In this document: positions 17,052 to 25,088 of the stretch, one piece after another | Position numbering within the stretch: the stretch's first letter is position 1 | Layout: the number at the start of each line of letters is the position of its first letter | DNA from: Mycolicibacterium smegmatis | GTDB lineage: Bacteria > Actinomycetota > Actinomycetes > Mycobacteriales > Mycobacteriaceae | Length of the DNA stretch: 32,000 nucleotides | Reading direction: 5' to 3' | Assembly (NCBI RefSeq): GCF_001457595.1 | Contig: NZ_LN831039.1 | Span: 4,050,001-4,082,000, forward strand | Notes under the pieces: model-generated | The model's input: the letters and a program-made list of their open reading frames with translations, nothing else | The model's database searches: none | Told to the model about the DNA's origin: nothing | Program-made: the position numbers and the translations under genes

Positions 17052-17851
17052 AGCAGCTGCTCGGGCAGCGGGCCGCTGACATCGACGAACGGCCCCATCA
17101 CCCGTTCGAAGACCCCGGTGTCGACTTCGTCACCGGCGAGGTCGCGCATCAGGGCGGCGACGCCGAGCGTCCAGAACGGTCGCAGGTCGATGCCGGGCCC
17201 CTGCGGAGCAACGTGGTCGAGGTGCAAGACGAAGGCCCCAACTTGTTTGCGCAGATCGTCGGGAATCCTCGGCCCCCAGGAGTACAGCCGTTCCTCTGCT
17301 CGTTCCCAACCGTTGCCGTCGCTGCGGATGCCGTCCAGGACAGCGCGCGCTTCAAGCGTGCTCAACAGGCCAAGCCGGAAACAGACGGCGTCCCAGGCGG
17401 GATGGGCCGCTGATACGGTCGGTTCCATCAGGTTCGCGAGTTCGGCCGCGGAGGGCGGCGGGTACCGCGCCGCCAGGGCGCTCGTGCGCAGATTCCGGGC
17501 GTCCCGGATCGCCTGCAGATCGGCAGGCACGAGCGGCAAATCGGGGCCGCACGGCGGTTCGAGCAGGAGCACACGTCCGGGGTCGGCCCTGTCAACAATC
17601 ACTGGGACGTGCCAGCGCATGACCAGCCCCGTGAAGCTGCCGGGATCGGTGCCGCTACGCAGCTCCGCTCGGTATGAGGCTCCACCCGGCGGCTGAACCT
17701 CAACCACCGCCGAGCAGCGATCGGATTCGAGCACCAGAGCCCGCGCGTACAGGGGCTCGACGAGGTCTGGTGCGCCGACATCTGCGGGCATTGGGGCGCC
17801 GATTTCAGGCCCGGACGAGGCCATCCCACGCAGTCGATCCATCCAGCCCAC
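17048..17851 (-). CDS. Hypothetical protein: N-terminal beta-rich module related to the operon family plus a helical C-terminal domain
   Basis: 267 aa with no TM segment. The N-terminal part ARALVLESDRCSAVVEVQPPGGASYRAELRSG...WHVPVIVDRADPGRVLL has the same strand pattern as the operon modules. Its stop overlaps the P7 stop (CTAG at 17048-17051). Start is uncertain: GTG 17851, ATG 17842 or ATG 17824. Confidence 0.6.
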   Translation of the reverse strand: MGWMDRLRGMASSGPEIGAPMPADVGAPDLVEPLYARALVLESDRCSAVVEVQPPGGASYRAELRSGTDPGSFTGLVMRWHVPVIVDRADPGRVLLLEPPCGPDLPLVPADLQAIRDARNLRTSALAARYPPPSAAELANLMEPTVSAAHPAWDAVCFRLGLLSTLEARAVLDGIRSDGNGWERAEERLYSWGPRIPDDLRKQVGAFVLHLDHVAPQGPGIDLRPFWTLGVAALMRDLAGDEVDTGVFERVMGPFVDVSGPLPEQLL

Positions 17852-18045
17852 ACGGCGACCTTAGCCGAGGGCGCCGCCGGGGTTCGCGAGCCGACCGACG
17901 AGCGCGTGCCCTTGACGCCCGCGAACCACGCGACGCCACCGGCGCATTGGTGTCCAGCCCTTATGTCATAAAACAACTCGCCCCGCAGCTGTATGTGCTC
18001 ACCGAGATCATCGACCCCCAACCGCACAACGAGTCCGGTAGCCCG

Positions 18046-18975
18046 TCAAGACCCTCCAGAAACCCGCACCGTGCCCTCAGGCGGCCTGGCCGCCACGATG
18101 AAGTCAGAAAACCGTTGTACCGCCTTGGTTTTACGTCGCTCACGCGACCAAGCCAGCACAGCGTGCCGAACTGCCGAAGGTTCCTCGAACGGCAGCACGA
18201 CGACCCCGTCGGTACCGGTCAACCGCACCGCGAGCTCACTGAGCACGCCGACGCCCAATCCAGAGCGCACCATCGACACCAGCGTGTGCGGGCTCGCGAC
18301 GCGCCTGCCGGCACCCACCTGCACATCGGCCGCGGCGAACAACGCGGCGATCTCCGGGGAAACACCTCGCGCGCCCGCACCACTACCAGGCGTGACGACA
18401 TCCTCGACTGCCAACTCGTCCAACGTCACCGACGACATCCGAGCCAGCCGATGAGTCGGCGGCACCAACAAGCGCAACGGCTCATCCCACAGCGGAACCC
18501 ACTGCAGTTCAGGGATGTTCGCGACATACGCCTGCGGCAAGATCGCCAGATCGGCCTCGTGGCGGTGCAGCATCTCGGGCAGCGTGGCCGTCGGCCCCTC
18601 CAGGACCTGCACCTCGATGTTGCGTTCGATCCTGCTGAACCGGTCGATCAACCGCGATGCGAAGGCGCCGGCCGCACTCGCCATGCACGCCAACCGTACG
18701 GTTCCGTAGGTCGTCCCGCGTAGCGCCGCCATCTCGGCGCGTGCGCTGTCGAGCGTCGCCAGCACGTCCTTCGCCCGCCCGAGAAAGATCTCGCCGGCCA
18801 CCGTCAGGCGTACGGGCCGCACGCTGCGGTCCACCAGCACGACGCCGAGTTCGTGCTCCAACTTCGCGACATGCTCGCTGACCCTCGACTGCACGCGACC
18901 GAGATCCTGCGCCGCGGCCAGAAACGCACCGCGTTCGGCGACCGCGACGAACGACGTCAGCCAGTCCACGTGCAC
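18046..18975 (-). CDS. LysR-family transcriptional regulator
   Basis: N-terminal wHTH (LTSFVAVAERGAFLAAAQDLGRVQSRVSEHVAKLEHELGVVLVDRSVRPVRLTVAG) and a typical ~300-aa length with a substrate-binding domain. It is divergent from the next operon. Confidence 0.9.
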   Translation of the reverse strand: MHVDWLTSFVAVAERGAFLAAAQDLGRVQSRVSEHVAKLEHELGVVLVDRSVRPVRLTVAGEIFLGRAKDVLATLDSARAEMAALRGTTYGTVRLACMASAAGAFASRLIDRFSRIERNIEVQVLEGPTATLPEMLHRHEADLAILPQAYVANIPELQWVPLWDEPLRLLVPPTHRLARMSSVTLDELAVEDVVTPGSGAGARGVSPEIAALFAAADVQVGAGRRVASPHTLVSMVRSGLGVGVLSELAVRLTGTDGVVVLPFEEPSAVRHAVLAWSRERRKTKAVQRFSDFIVAARPPEGTVRVSGGS

Positions 18976-18986
18976 CGCTCCACACT

Positions 18987-19001
18987 ATCCGAAAAACAGA
19001 T
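18987..19001. promoter_or_regulatory. LTTR-type box ATC-N9-GAT (T-N11-A)
   Basis: atccgaaaaacagat lies 12 nt upstream of the LysR start, in the 115-bp divergent region. TATCCG recurs at 18986 and 19008, and the palindrome ATCCGGAT is at 19009-19016. Confidence 0.4.
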
Positions 19002-19090
19002 TGGAATTATCCGGATCGGCGTGGTTCATCCGGTCCGGCCCAGCCATACGCTCCCCAACGACAGTGACCCGACTCACAATGAGGAGAATC

Positions 19091-19876
19091 ATGACCGACC
19101 GAATCGATGGGACCACCCATGACCGAACCCGCTACCGCAACGCGATGGGACCGCGCGGCGTCATCGGGATCATGACTCCCGGCCCGAACGTGGTCGTCGA
19201 GAACGAGATGATGGACATGCGCCCGCCCGGCGTCATCAACGCAGTCGACCGCTATTACGTCCCCAACCAGTCGATCCGCGCCGACGACGACTGGACGATC
19301 ATCATGCGCCACGTCGCCGCCAACCTCGACGACTCGGTGCGCCGACTCAACGAGGCGCTCATCGACCATCTTGTCCTGGGGATGTCGTCGCAGAGCTTCA
19401 TGGGCGGAGTCGACGGCAGCTTCGCCCTGCTCGACCATCTGCGCGAAGCGTCCGGGGTCGACGTGTCAATGGGTGCGCAGGCGTCCGAAGCCGCACTCAA
19501 GGAAGTCGGCGCACGGCGACTCGCGCTCGTCACGCCCTATTACCCCGTGATCGAGAAGAATGCGGTGAGCTACTTCGAAGGCCGCGGCTTCGAGGTCGTC
19601 CACGTCGAAGGCCTCAAGTGCCGCAGCATCATCGAGGTCGCCTCCCAGGGAGAGGACCGTCTGCGCGACGCGGTCCGCATCGCCGACGAGCACCGTCCTG
19701 ACGCGATCATCCAGCTCGGCACCAATCTGCGTTTCGGGGCGCTGGCCCCGCGACTCGAGCAGGAGCTCGGCAAACCCGTCTGGGCCGTCGGCACCGTCAT
19801 CTACTGGCACGCACTACGCGCCATGGGGATCGACGACCAATACGAGGGCTTCGGCACACTGCTCGAAAAGCACTGA
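19091..19876 (+). CDS. Asp/Glu racemase-superfamily protein (arylmalonate decarboxylase / maleate isomerase-like)
   Basis: ATG 19091 is preceded by GAGGAGAA. GIMTPGPNVVVENE, LVLGMSSQSFMGG, RRLALVTPYYP and AIIQLGTNLRF parallel the conserved blocks of AMDase/maleate isomerase as I recall them. Confidence 0.65.
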   Translation: MTDRIDGTTHDRTRYRNAMGPRGVIGIMTPGPNVVVENEMMDMRPPGVINAVDRYYVPNQSIRADDDWTIIMRHVAANLDDSVRRLNEALIDHLVLGMSSQSFMGGVDGSFALLDHLREASGVDVSMGAQASEAALKEVGARRLALVTPYYPVIEKNAVSYFEGRGFEVVHVEGLKCRSIIEVASQGEDRLRDAVRIADEHRPDAIIQLGTNLRFGALAPRLEQELGKPVWAVGTVIYWHALRAMGIDDQYEGFGTLLEKH

Positions 19877-19889
19877 GGTCGAACCGCAC

Positions 19890-21194
19890 ATGTCCGTCCA
19901 ACTGCTCTCCATCGCCGTGCTGGTGGCGGTGTTCATCATCTCCACGGTGTTCAACGTGCACATGGGTGCACTGGCGTTCGTCGCCACTTTTGTCGTCGGG
20001 ATCGGTTTGACCGACCTGTCTGAGAAGGAGATCATCGCCGGGTTCCCTGCCGGCCTGTTCGTGATCCTCGTCGGCGTGACGTATCTCTTCGCCATCGCCA
20101 AGGCCAACGGCGCCATCGACTGGCTCGTCGACTCCGCGGTCAACCTGGTGCGCGGACGTGTGTGGGCATTTCCGTGGATCATGTTCGTGCTCGCGGCCGG
20201 CCTCGCCGGGGTGGGCGCCGTTCCTCCGGCGGCGGTGGCGATCATCGCGCCGACGGCCATGCGGATCGCCCATCGCTACGGCATCAGCCCGTTGCTCATG
20301 GGCCTCATGGTCGCCAACGGCGTGTCCGCAGGCGAGTTCTCGCCGATCGGCCTGTTCGGGATCATCGTCAACGACGTCGCCGTATCCAACGGCGTCACGT
20401 CGTCGCCAATCCTGTTGTTCGCGAGTTGTTTCGCGGTCAACGCCATCATGTGCTACGCGCTGTGTGTCGTGATCAACCGACGCGCACGCCGTCACGACAA
20501 GGCCGATGAGTCCCTCGAAACCGGTGGCCCCACTCCCCCACGCGGTGGGACCGGGGTGCGAGTGGTGGACGCCGATGTCGCCGTGGCTGTCCGACCGCCG
20601 ATGACCCGCTCGGTAGCCACGACCCTTGCCGGGCTCCTGGTGATGGTGGGCATTGTGGCGTGCACTGAACTCGACATCGGTTTTGTGGCAATGACTCTCG
20701 CGGTGATCCTCAGCATTCTGTCTCCGGAGGCGGCAAAGGAGGCATTGCCGAAGATCGCGTGGCCGTCGGTCTTCCTGATCGTCGGGATCGTCACCTACGT
20801 CGGTCTGCTGCAGGAACTCGGGACCGTCACCTACGTGTCCGACGCGGTGGCGCATCTGCAGTCGCCGCTGTTGATCGCCCTGCTCATCTGCGTCATCGGC
20901 GCGGTGGTCTCGGCGTTCGCCTCGACCACCGGAATCCTCGGCGCTCTGGTGCCGTTGGCGGTGCCGTTCCTGTTGTCGGGCGAGGTGTCATCGATTGCGA
21001 TGATCATCGCGCTGAGTCTGTCCTCGTCGATCGTCGACGCGTCACCGTTCTCGACGTCAGGAGCGCTGATAGCCGCCAACGCCGCCGAGGAAGACCGCGA
21101 CCGCGTCATGAGCCAGCTGCTGCGCTGGGGGATGTCGATGATCGTCGTCGCGCCGGTCGTATCCTGGGCCGTTTTCGTCCTGCCCGGTTGGTGA
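19890..21194 (+). CDS. Anion/dicarboxylate carrier, DASS/SLC13-type (MatC-like)
   Basis: 434 aa, strongly hydrophobic, in two halves separated by a hydrophilic loop (RRARRHDKADESLETGGPTPPRGG...). The N-terminus MSVQLLSIAVLVAVFIISTV...GALAF...AGFPAGLFVILVGVTYLFAIAKANGAIDWLV resembles MatC-type carriers (from memory). It starts 13 nt downstream of the preceding gene. Confidence 0.7.
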   Translation: MSVQLLSIAVLVAVFIISTVFNVHMGALAFVATFVVGIGLTDLSEKEIIAGFPAGLFVILVGVTYLFAIAKANGAIDWLVDSAVNLVRGRVWAFPWIMFVLAAGLAGVGAVPPAAVAIIAPTAMRIAHRYGISPLLMGLMVANGVSAGEFSPIGLFGIIVNDVAVSNGVTSSPILLFASCFAVNAIMCYALCVVINRRARRHDKADESLETGGPTPPRGGTGVRVVDADVAVAVRPPMTRSVATTLAGLLVMVGIVACTELDIGFVAMTLAVILSILSPEAAKEALPKIAWPSVFLIVGIVTYVGLLQELGTVTYVSDAVAHLQSPLLIALLICVIGAVVSAFASTTGILGALVPLAVPFLLSGEVSSIAMIIALSLSSSIVDASPFSTSGALIAANAAEEDRDRVMSQLLRWGMSMIVVAPVVSWAVFVLPGW

Positions 21195-21199
21195 CCCGA

Positions 21200-21241
21200 G
21201 TGCGATACGCGGCGCGAGGCCTCACGCGCCGCGTATCGCAC
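21200..21241 (+). terminator. Perfect 17-bp stem hairpin downstream of the carrier gene
   Basis: GTGCGATACGCGGCGCG (21200-21216), loop aggcctca, CGCGCCGCGTATCGCAC (21225-21241). It starts 6 nt after the TGA at 21192-21194. No U-tract. Confidence 0.65.
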
Positions 21242-21272
21242 TGCGGTGGCACCATGGGTGGGCGTGACGTCT

Positions 21273-21776
21273 ATGGACCGGGCGATGCCGCCCCTGAACG
21301 GTGATGAACGCACGACGTTGGTGGGCTGGCTGGACTTCTACCGCGCGACCCTGGCTGCCAAATGCGAAGGCCTCACCGATGAGCAGGTTCGCATCGCTTC
21401 GGTGGAACCGTCGGAGATCACGCTTCTGGGTTTGGTGCAGCATGCCGCAGAGGTGGAACGAAACTGGTTTCGGCGGGTGCTGACGGGCGAACAACTGCCC
21501 CCGATTTTCGGATCCACTCCCCATCCCGAGGGCCACGACAGTGGATTCGAGCTGTCACCGGAATCGTCCTACCGAGCGGCGATCACGATCTGGCAGGACG
21601 AGATCCGGCATGCGCCCGCCAATATCGCAGAGCGCGAACTCGATGACACCAGCCCGTTCATGCAGACCGAGGTGACCCTGCGGTGGATCGTCGTCCACAT
21701 GATCGCAGAATACGCGCGGCACTGTGGGCACGCCGACCTGATCCGTGAACGTATCGACGGGCGCACAGGCGTCTGA
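21273..21776 (+). CDS. DinB/DUF664-family protein (mycothiol-transferase-like bundle)
   Basis: GDERTTLVGWLDFYRATLAAKCEGLTDEQ...SEITLLGLVQHAAEVERNWF...TLRWIVVHMIAEYARHCGHADLIRERIDG is the characteristic DUF664 pattern. Start at ATG 21273 or 21285; the ORF-track GTG at 21246 abuts the hairpin. Confidence 0.8.
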   Translation: MDRAMPPLNGDERTTLVGWLDFYRATLAAKCEGLTDEQVRIASVEPSEITLLGLVQHAAEVERNWFRRVLTGEQLPPIFGSTPHPEGHDSGFELSPESSYRAAITIWQDEIRHAPANIAERELDDTSPFMQTEVTLRWIVVHMIAEYARHCGHADLIRERIDGRTGV

Positions 21777-21817
21777 TTCACGCTGCTTCGGCAACGAGGG
21801 TCGTGCCCGGCAGGCCG

Positions 21818-24586
21818 CTACCGATGGGCGACGGTGTGTCCGCCTTTGGGTTCCTCTCCTGCGAGAGCTGCACGCGCCTTCCGTCGACGGACCATGAACT
21901 TCTCCAACTCGACCACTCCGAACACAGGTGCACCGACAGCGGCGGCCTTGATCCAGTCGACGTATCCGAGCGGTGTGGATCCGAACACCGCGTTCATCGC
22001 CGGGGCGTAGGTGAACACGAGCTGGAGTGCCGTACAGGCAACCACGGTCGCGAAAGCGATCTTGTTGCCGAACAACCCGATCCTGTTGAGGACAGGTTCG
22101 AGGAGGAAGCGATTGTTGAGAAGATAGAACATCTCGGCGGCCACGATCGCGTTGACCGCCATGGTGCGTGCGGTCTCGACGCTTGTGCCCGAACGCAACT
22201 CCCAGAGAAACATGCCGAGTGCTCCGCCTGCCATCAGCACCGAGACGAGTAGGACTCGCCAAGCGAAGTGTCGCGACAGCAGACTCTCACTCGGGGCGCG
22301 GGGTTTGCGGCGCATCACGCCGGCCTCCGGCGGTTCGAAGGCAAGCGCCAGACCGAGTGTGCTGGAGGTGACGAGGTTGATCCACAGCACCTGTGCGGGA
22401 GTCAACGGCAGGGTGAACTGGAAGAGAATGGCCGCAATCACGACCAACGCTTCTCCTCCGTTGGTGGGCAACATGAACAAGACGAATTTCCGGATGTTGT
22501 CGTAGACGGTGCGCCCTTCTGACACCGCGGCAGCAATGGTGGCGAAGTTGTCGTCCGCCAGCACCATGTCCGCAGCCTCCTTCGCCGCTTCGGTGCCTCG
22601 ACAACCCATCGCAATACCGACGTCTGCTTTCTTCAGTGCCGGCGAGTCGTTGACGCCGTCGCCGGTCATGGCCACCACTTCACCGCCGGCTTGAAGAGCT
22701 CGCACCAGGCGCAGTTTGTGCTCCGGGCTGGCCCGCGCGAAGATATCCCGTTCTTGCACAACCGTTTGCAGATCTGTGTCGTTCAGCGAGGCAATCTCGG
22801 AGCCGATCACCGCCGGCTTCCCGATGCCGATGCCGAGCTGCGCCCCGATCTCACGAGCGGTCGCCGCATGGTCGCCGGTGATCATTTTCACCCGGATACC
22901 TGCGCGGTGACACTCTCGCACGGCGGCCGCGACCTCAGGACGCAACGCGTCGATGATGCCCACCAGACCCAACATGGTGAATCCCGAATCGAGGTCGGCG
23001 ATGTCGAGGGTGCCGGCATTTCGTGGAGCTTCGCACCGACGGGCGATCGCAAGAACCCGTAACCCCTGCGCTGCGGTGGTCGCAGCCATGCGCTGCCAGT
23101 AAAGCCGGTCTAGAGGCTCCTCGCAGTGGGGAGACCGCTGACTGTCACAGATGTCCAGGACGCGCTCGGGTGCGCCTTTGACCACGATCAGCGGGGTGCG
23201 GTCGACATCGCTGTGCAGAGTGCCCATGATCCGGTTTTCCGACGCGAATGGCACGGTGGTGACCCGCGAATGTGAGACCGTCTCGCGGTCGTGATCGAGA
23301 CCGGCCTTCTTGGCCACCACGAGCAGCGCTGCCTCGGTCGGGTCGCCCGTGATCACCCAGACCTCATCCTCTACGTCGAGAGATGCGTCGTTGCAAAGCG
23401 AAGCAGCCAGGAGGGCTTCCATCAGGGCCGGATAGCGGCAGGGATCGATCACCCGTCCGTCGATGCTGAAATCACCCACAGGCGCATACCCGACGCCTCC
23501 GACGTCTATGTCGTGGCCTCCGCAGACCACTCGCTGGACCGTCATCTCGTTGCTGGTGAGCGTGCCCGTCTTGTCCGTGCAGATGACCGTCACCGAGCCG
23601 AGCGCCTCGACGGCCGGCAGCCGGCGCACGATGGCGCGTCGCCGCGACATACGCTGGACCCCGATCGCCAAGGTGACCGTCATGATGGCCGGGAGCCCTT
23701 CCGGGATCGCCGATGCGGCCAGAGCCACTGTCATCATGAACATCTCCGTGAGGGTCTCCCCTCGCCAGATCACCCCCAACGCGTAGGTGGCGGCACTGAG
23801 CAACAGGATCACAACCGCCAGCACCCGACCGAACCGGCTGATCTGACGCAACAGCGGAGTTGCCGTCGGTGCAACTCCGGTGAGCAGGTGGTTGATCCGC
23901 CCAAGTTCGGTCTGGGCACCCGTGCCAACGACAACTCCGGTGGCCTGGCCGTGGACGGCAAGCGTTCCCGAATACGCCATGCTTCGTCGGTCCGGTAGCG
24001 AGGTATCTTCGTCGTCCACGCCGATGGTCTTCCAGACCGGTGCAGACTCGCCCGTCAGCGGGGCCTCGTCGACCTGTAGTCCGTCGACACCGATCAATCG
24101 GAGGTCGGCGGGGATGCGATCGCCTGCCGCCAACTGAACGACGTCTCCGGGAACGAGCTCGACCGCCTCGACGTCCAGTGTCCGACCGTTGCGAGTCACC
24201 GTTGCGTGTGGTGACATCATCGCCCGGATGGCATCCAGGGCTGCCTGGGCCCTGCCTTCCTGAACGTAGGCGATGACGACGTTGATGAGGACCGCGGCGA
24301 ACAACACCGCGGCGTCGACCCAGTGCTGAAGCACCGCAGTCACAATCGCGGCGCAGGACATCACATAGATGAGCACATTGTGGAATTGACGAATGAACCG
24401 CACCAATGCGCTCTGTTTCCGGACTGCGGCGAGTCTGTTCCAACCATGAACGGCGCGACGCCGCTCCACCTCACTGTCGGTGAGACCGCTCCTGCCGGCG
24501 CCGAGGGCGTCGAGCACTTCGTCGGGTTGCATTGTGTGCCAATTATTCTCGATCGAAATCGCTACAGCATCCGCCGACCGTCGCAC
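21818..24586 (-). CDS. ctpF: P-type (IIA-like) cation-transporting ATPase
   Basis: Phosphorylation motif CTDKTGTLT; TGES in LTGESAPV; hinge TGDGVNDSPALKKADVGIAMG; ten or so TM segments. Start tentatively GTG 24586 (VRRSADAVAISIENNWHTMQPDEVL); ATG 24532 is an alternative. The symbol rests on linkage to the DosR-type cluster. Confidence 0.85.
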   Translation of the reverse strand: MRRSADAVAISIENNWHTMQPDEVLDALGAGRSGLTDSEVERRRAVHGWNRLAAVRKQSALVRFIRQFHNVLIYVMSCAAIVTAVLQHWVDAAVLFAAVLINVVIAYVQEGRAQAALDAIRAMMSPHATVTRNGRTLDVEAVELVPGDVVQLAAGDRIPADLRLIGVDGLQVDEAPLTGESAPVWKTIGVDDEDTSLPDRRSMAYSGTLAVHGQATGVVVGTGAQTELGRINHLLTGVAPTATPLLRQISRFGRVLAVVILLLSAATYALGVIWRGETLTEMFMMTVALAASAIPEGLPAIMTVTLAIGVQRMSRRRAIVRRLPAVEALGSVTVICTDKTGTLTSNEMTVQRVVCGGHDIDVGGVGYAPVGDFSIDGRVIDPCRYPALMEALLAASLCNDASLDVEDEVWVITGDPTEAALLVVAKKAGLDHDRETVSHSRVTTVPFASENRIMGTLHSDVDRTPLIVVKGAPERVLDICDSQRSPHCEEPLDRLYWQRMAATTAAQGLRVLAIARRCEAPRNAGTLDIADLDSGFTMLGLVGIIDALRPEVAAAVRECHRAGIRVKMITGDHAATAREIGAQLGIGIGKPAVIGSEIASLNDTDLQTVVQERDIFARASPEHKLRLVRALQAGGEVVAMTGDGVNDSPALKKADVGIAMGCRGTEAAKEAADMVLADDNFATIAAAVSEGRTVYDNIRKFVLFMLPTNGGEALVVIAAILFQFTLPLTPAQVLWINLVTSSTLGLALAFEPPEAGVMRRKPRAPSESLLSRHFAWRVLLVSVLMAGGALGMFLWELRSGTSVETARTMAVNAIVAAEMFYLLNNRFLLEPVLNRIGLFGNKIAFATVVACTALQLVFTYAPAMNAVFGSTPLGYVDWIKAAAVGAPVFGVVELEKFMVRRRKARAALAGEEPKGGHTVAHR

Positions 24587-24620
24587 GAAAGTCCGTGGTC
24601 TGCTACACACATCGACTCCT

Positions 24621-25088
24621 CTACACATCGCGCACAGCCTCGTGCAAGCCGGCCTCGCGCAAAATGACCGCCACAACATCAGGCACGGCCCCCGCGACCG
24701 CGTCCGTCATCCCGAATCCGTACCCGACATCGACCACATCCACGGTCAAGACGATGAGCCGACCCGGTGACTGCCCGAGGGCCTCTCCCAGCCGATACGC
24801 CCCGGCTAAACCGAGTGCGTGGGAGCTCACGCCGCCCAAATCGCGGGGCAGGTCGGCCGGCGTCCACCGGCGGACCGTGCCGGGAGTCGCAGAAGGCGAG
24901 ACCGCGGCGTCGACGGCGATGACGGTCGGTACCCCCGCCCACGCGTCGAGCAACTCCCCTGGGTCACCTGAGGTCACCATCGCCTCGACACCGGGCAACC
25001 GCCGTTGGGCGATCTCGTGCACGGCGGCGATACCGACTCCGTCGTCGCGACGGGCCTCGTTGCCGATTCCGATGACCAGTACCGTCAT
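24621..25088 (-). CDS. [NiFe]-hydrogenase maturation endopeptidase (HyaD/HoxW family)
   Basis: [23 protein letters not shown] matches the GxGNxxxxDDGxG motif. Its ATG overlaps the large-subunit stop (ATGA at 25085-25088). 155 aa. Confidence 0.85.
   Translation of the reverse strand: MTVLVIGIGNEARRDDGVGIAAVHEIAQRRLPGVEAMVTSGDPGELLDAWAGVPTVIAVDAAVSPSATPGTVRRWTPADLPRDLGGVSSHALGLAGAYRLGEALGQSPGRLIVLTVDVVDVGYGFGMTDAVAGAVPDVVAVILREAGLHEAVRDV

Noticed and set aside
24603-24630. Direct repeat CTACACA(CA)TCG x2 at the protease/ctpF junction
   Set aside because: It is short and imperfect, lies partly inside coding sequence, and matches no motif I know. It is noted only as a possible element of a ctpF internal promoter.
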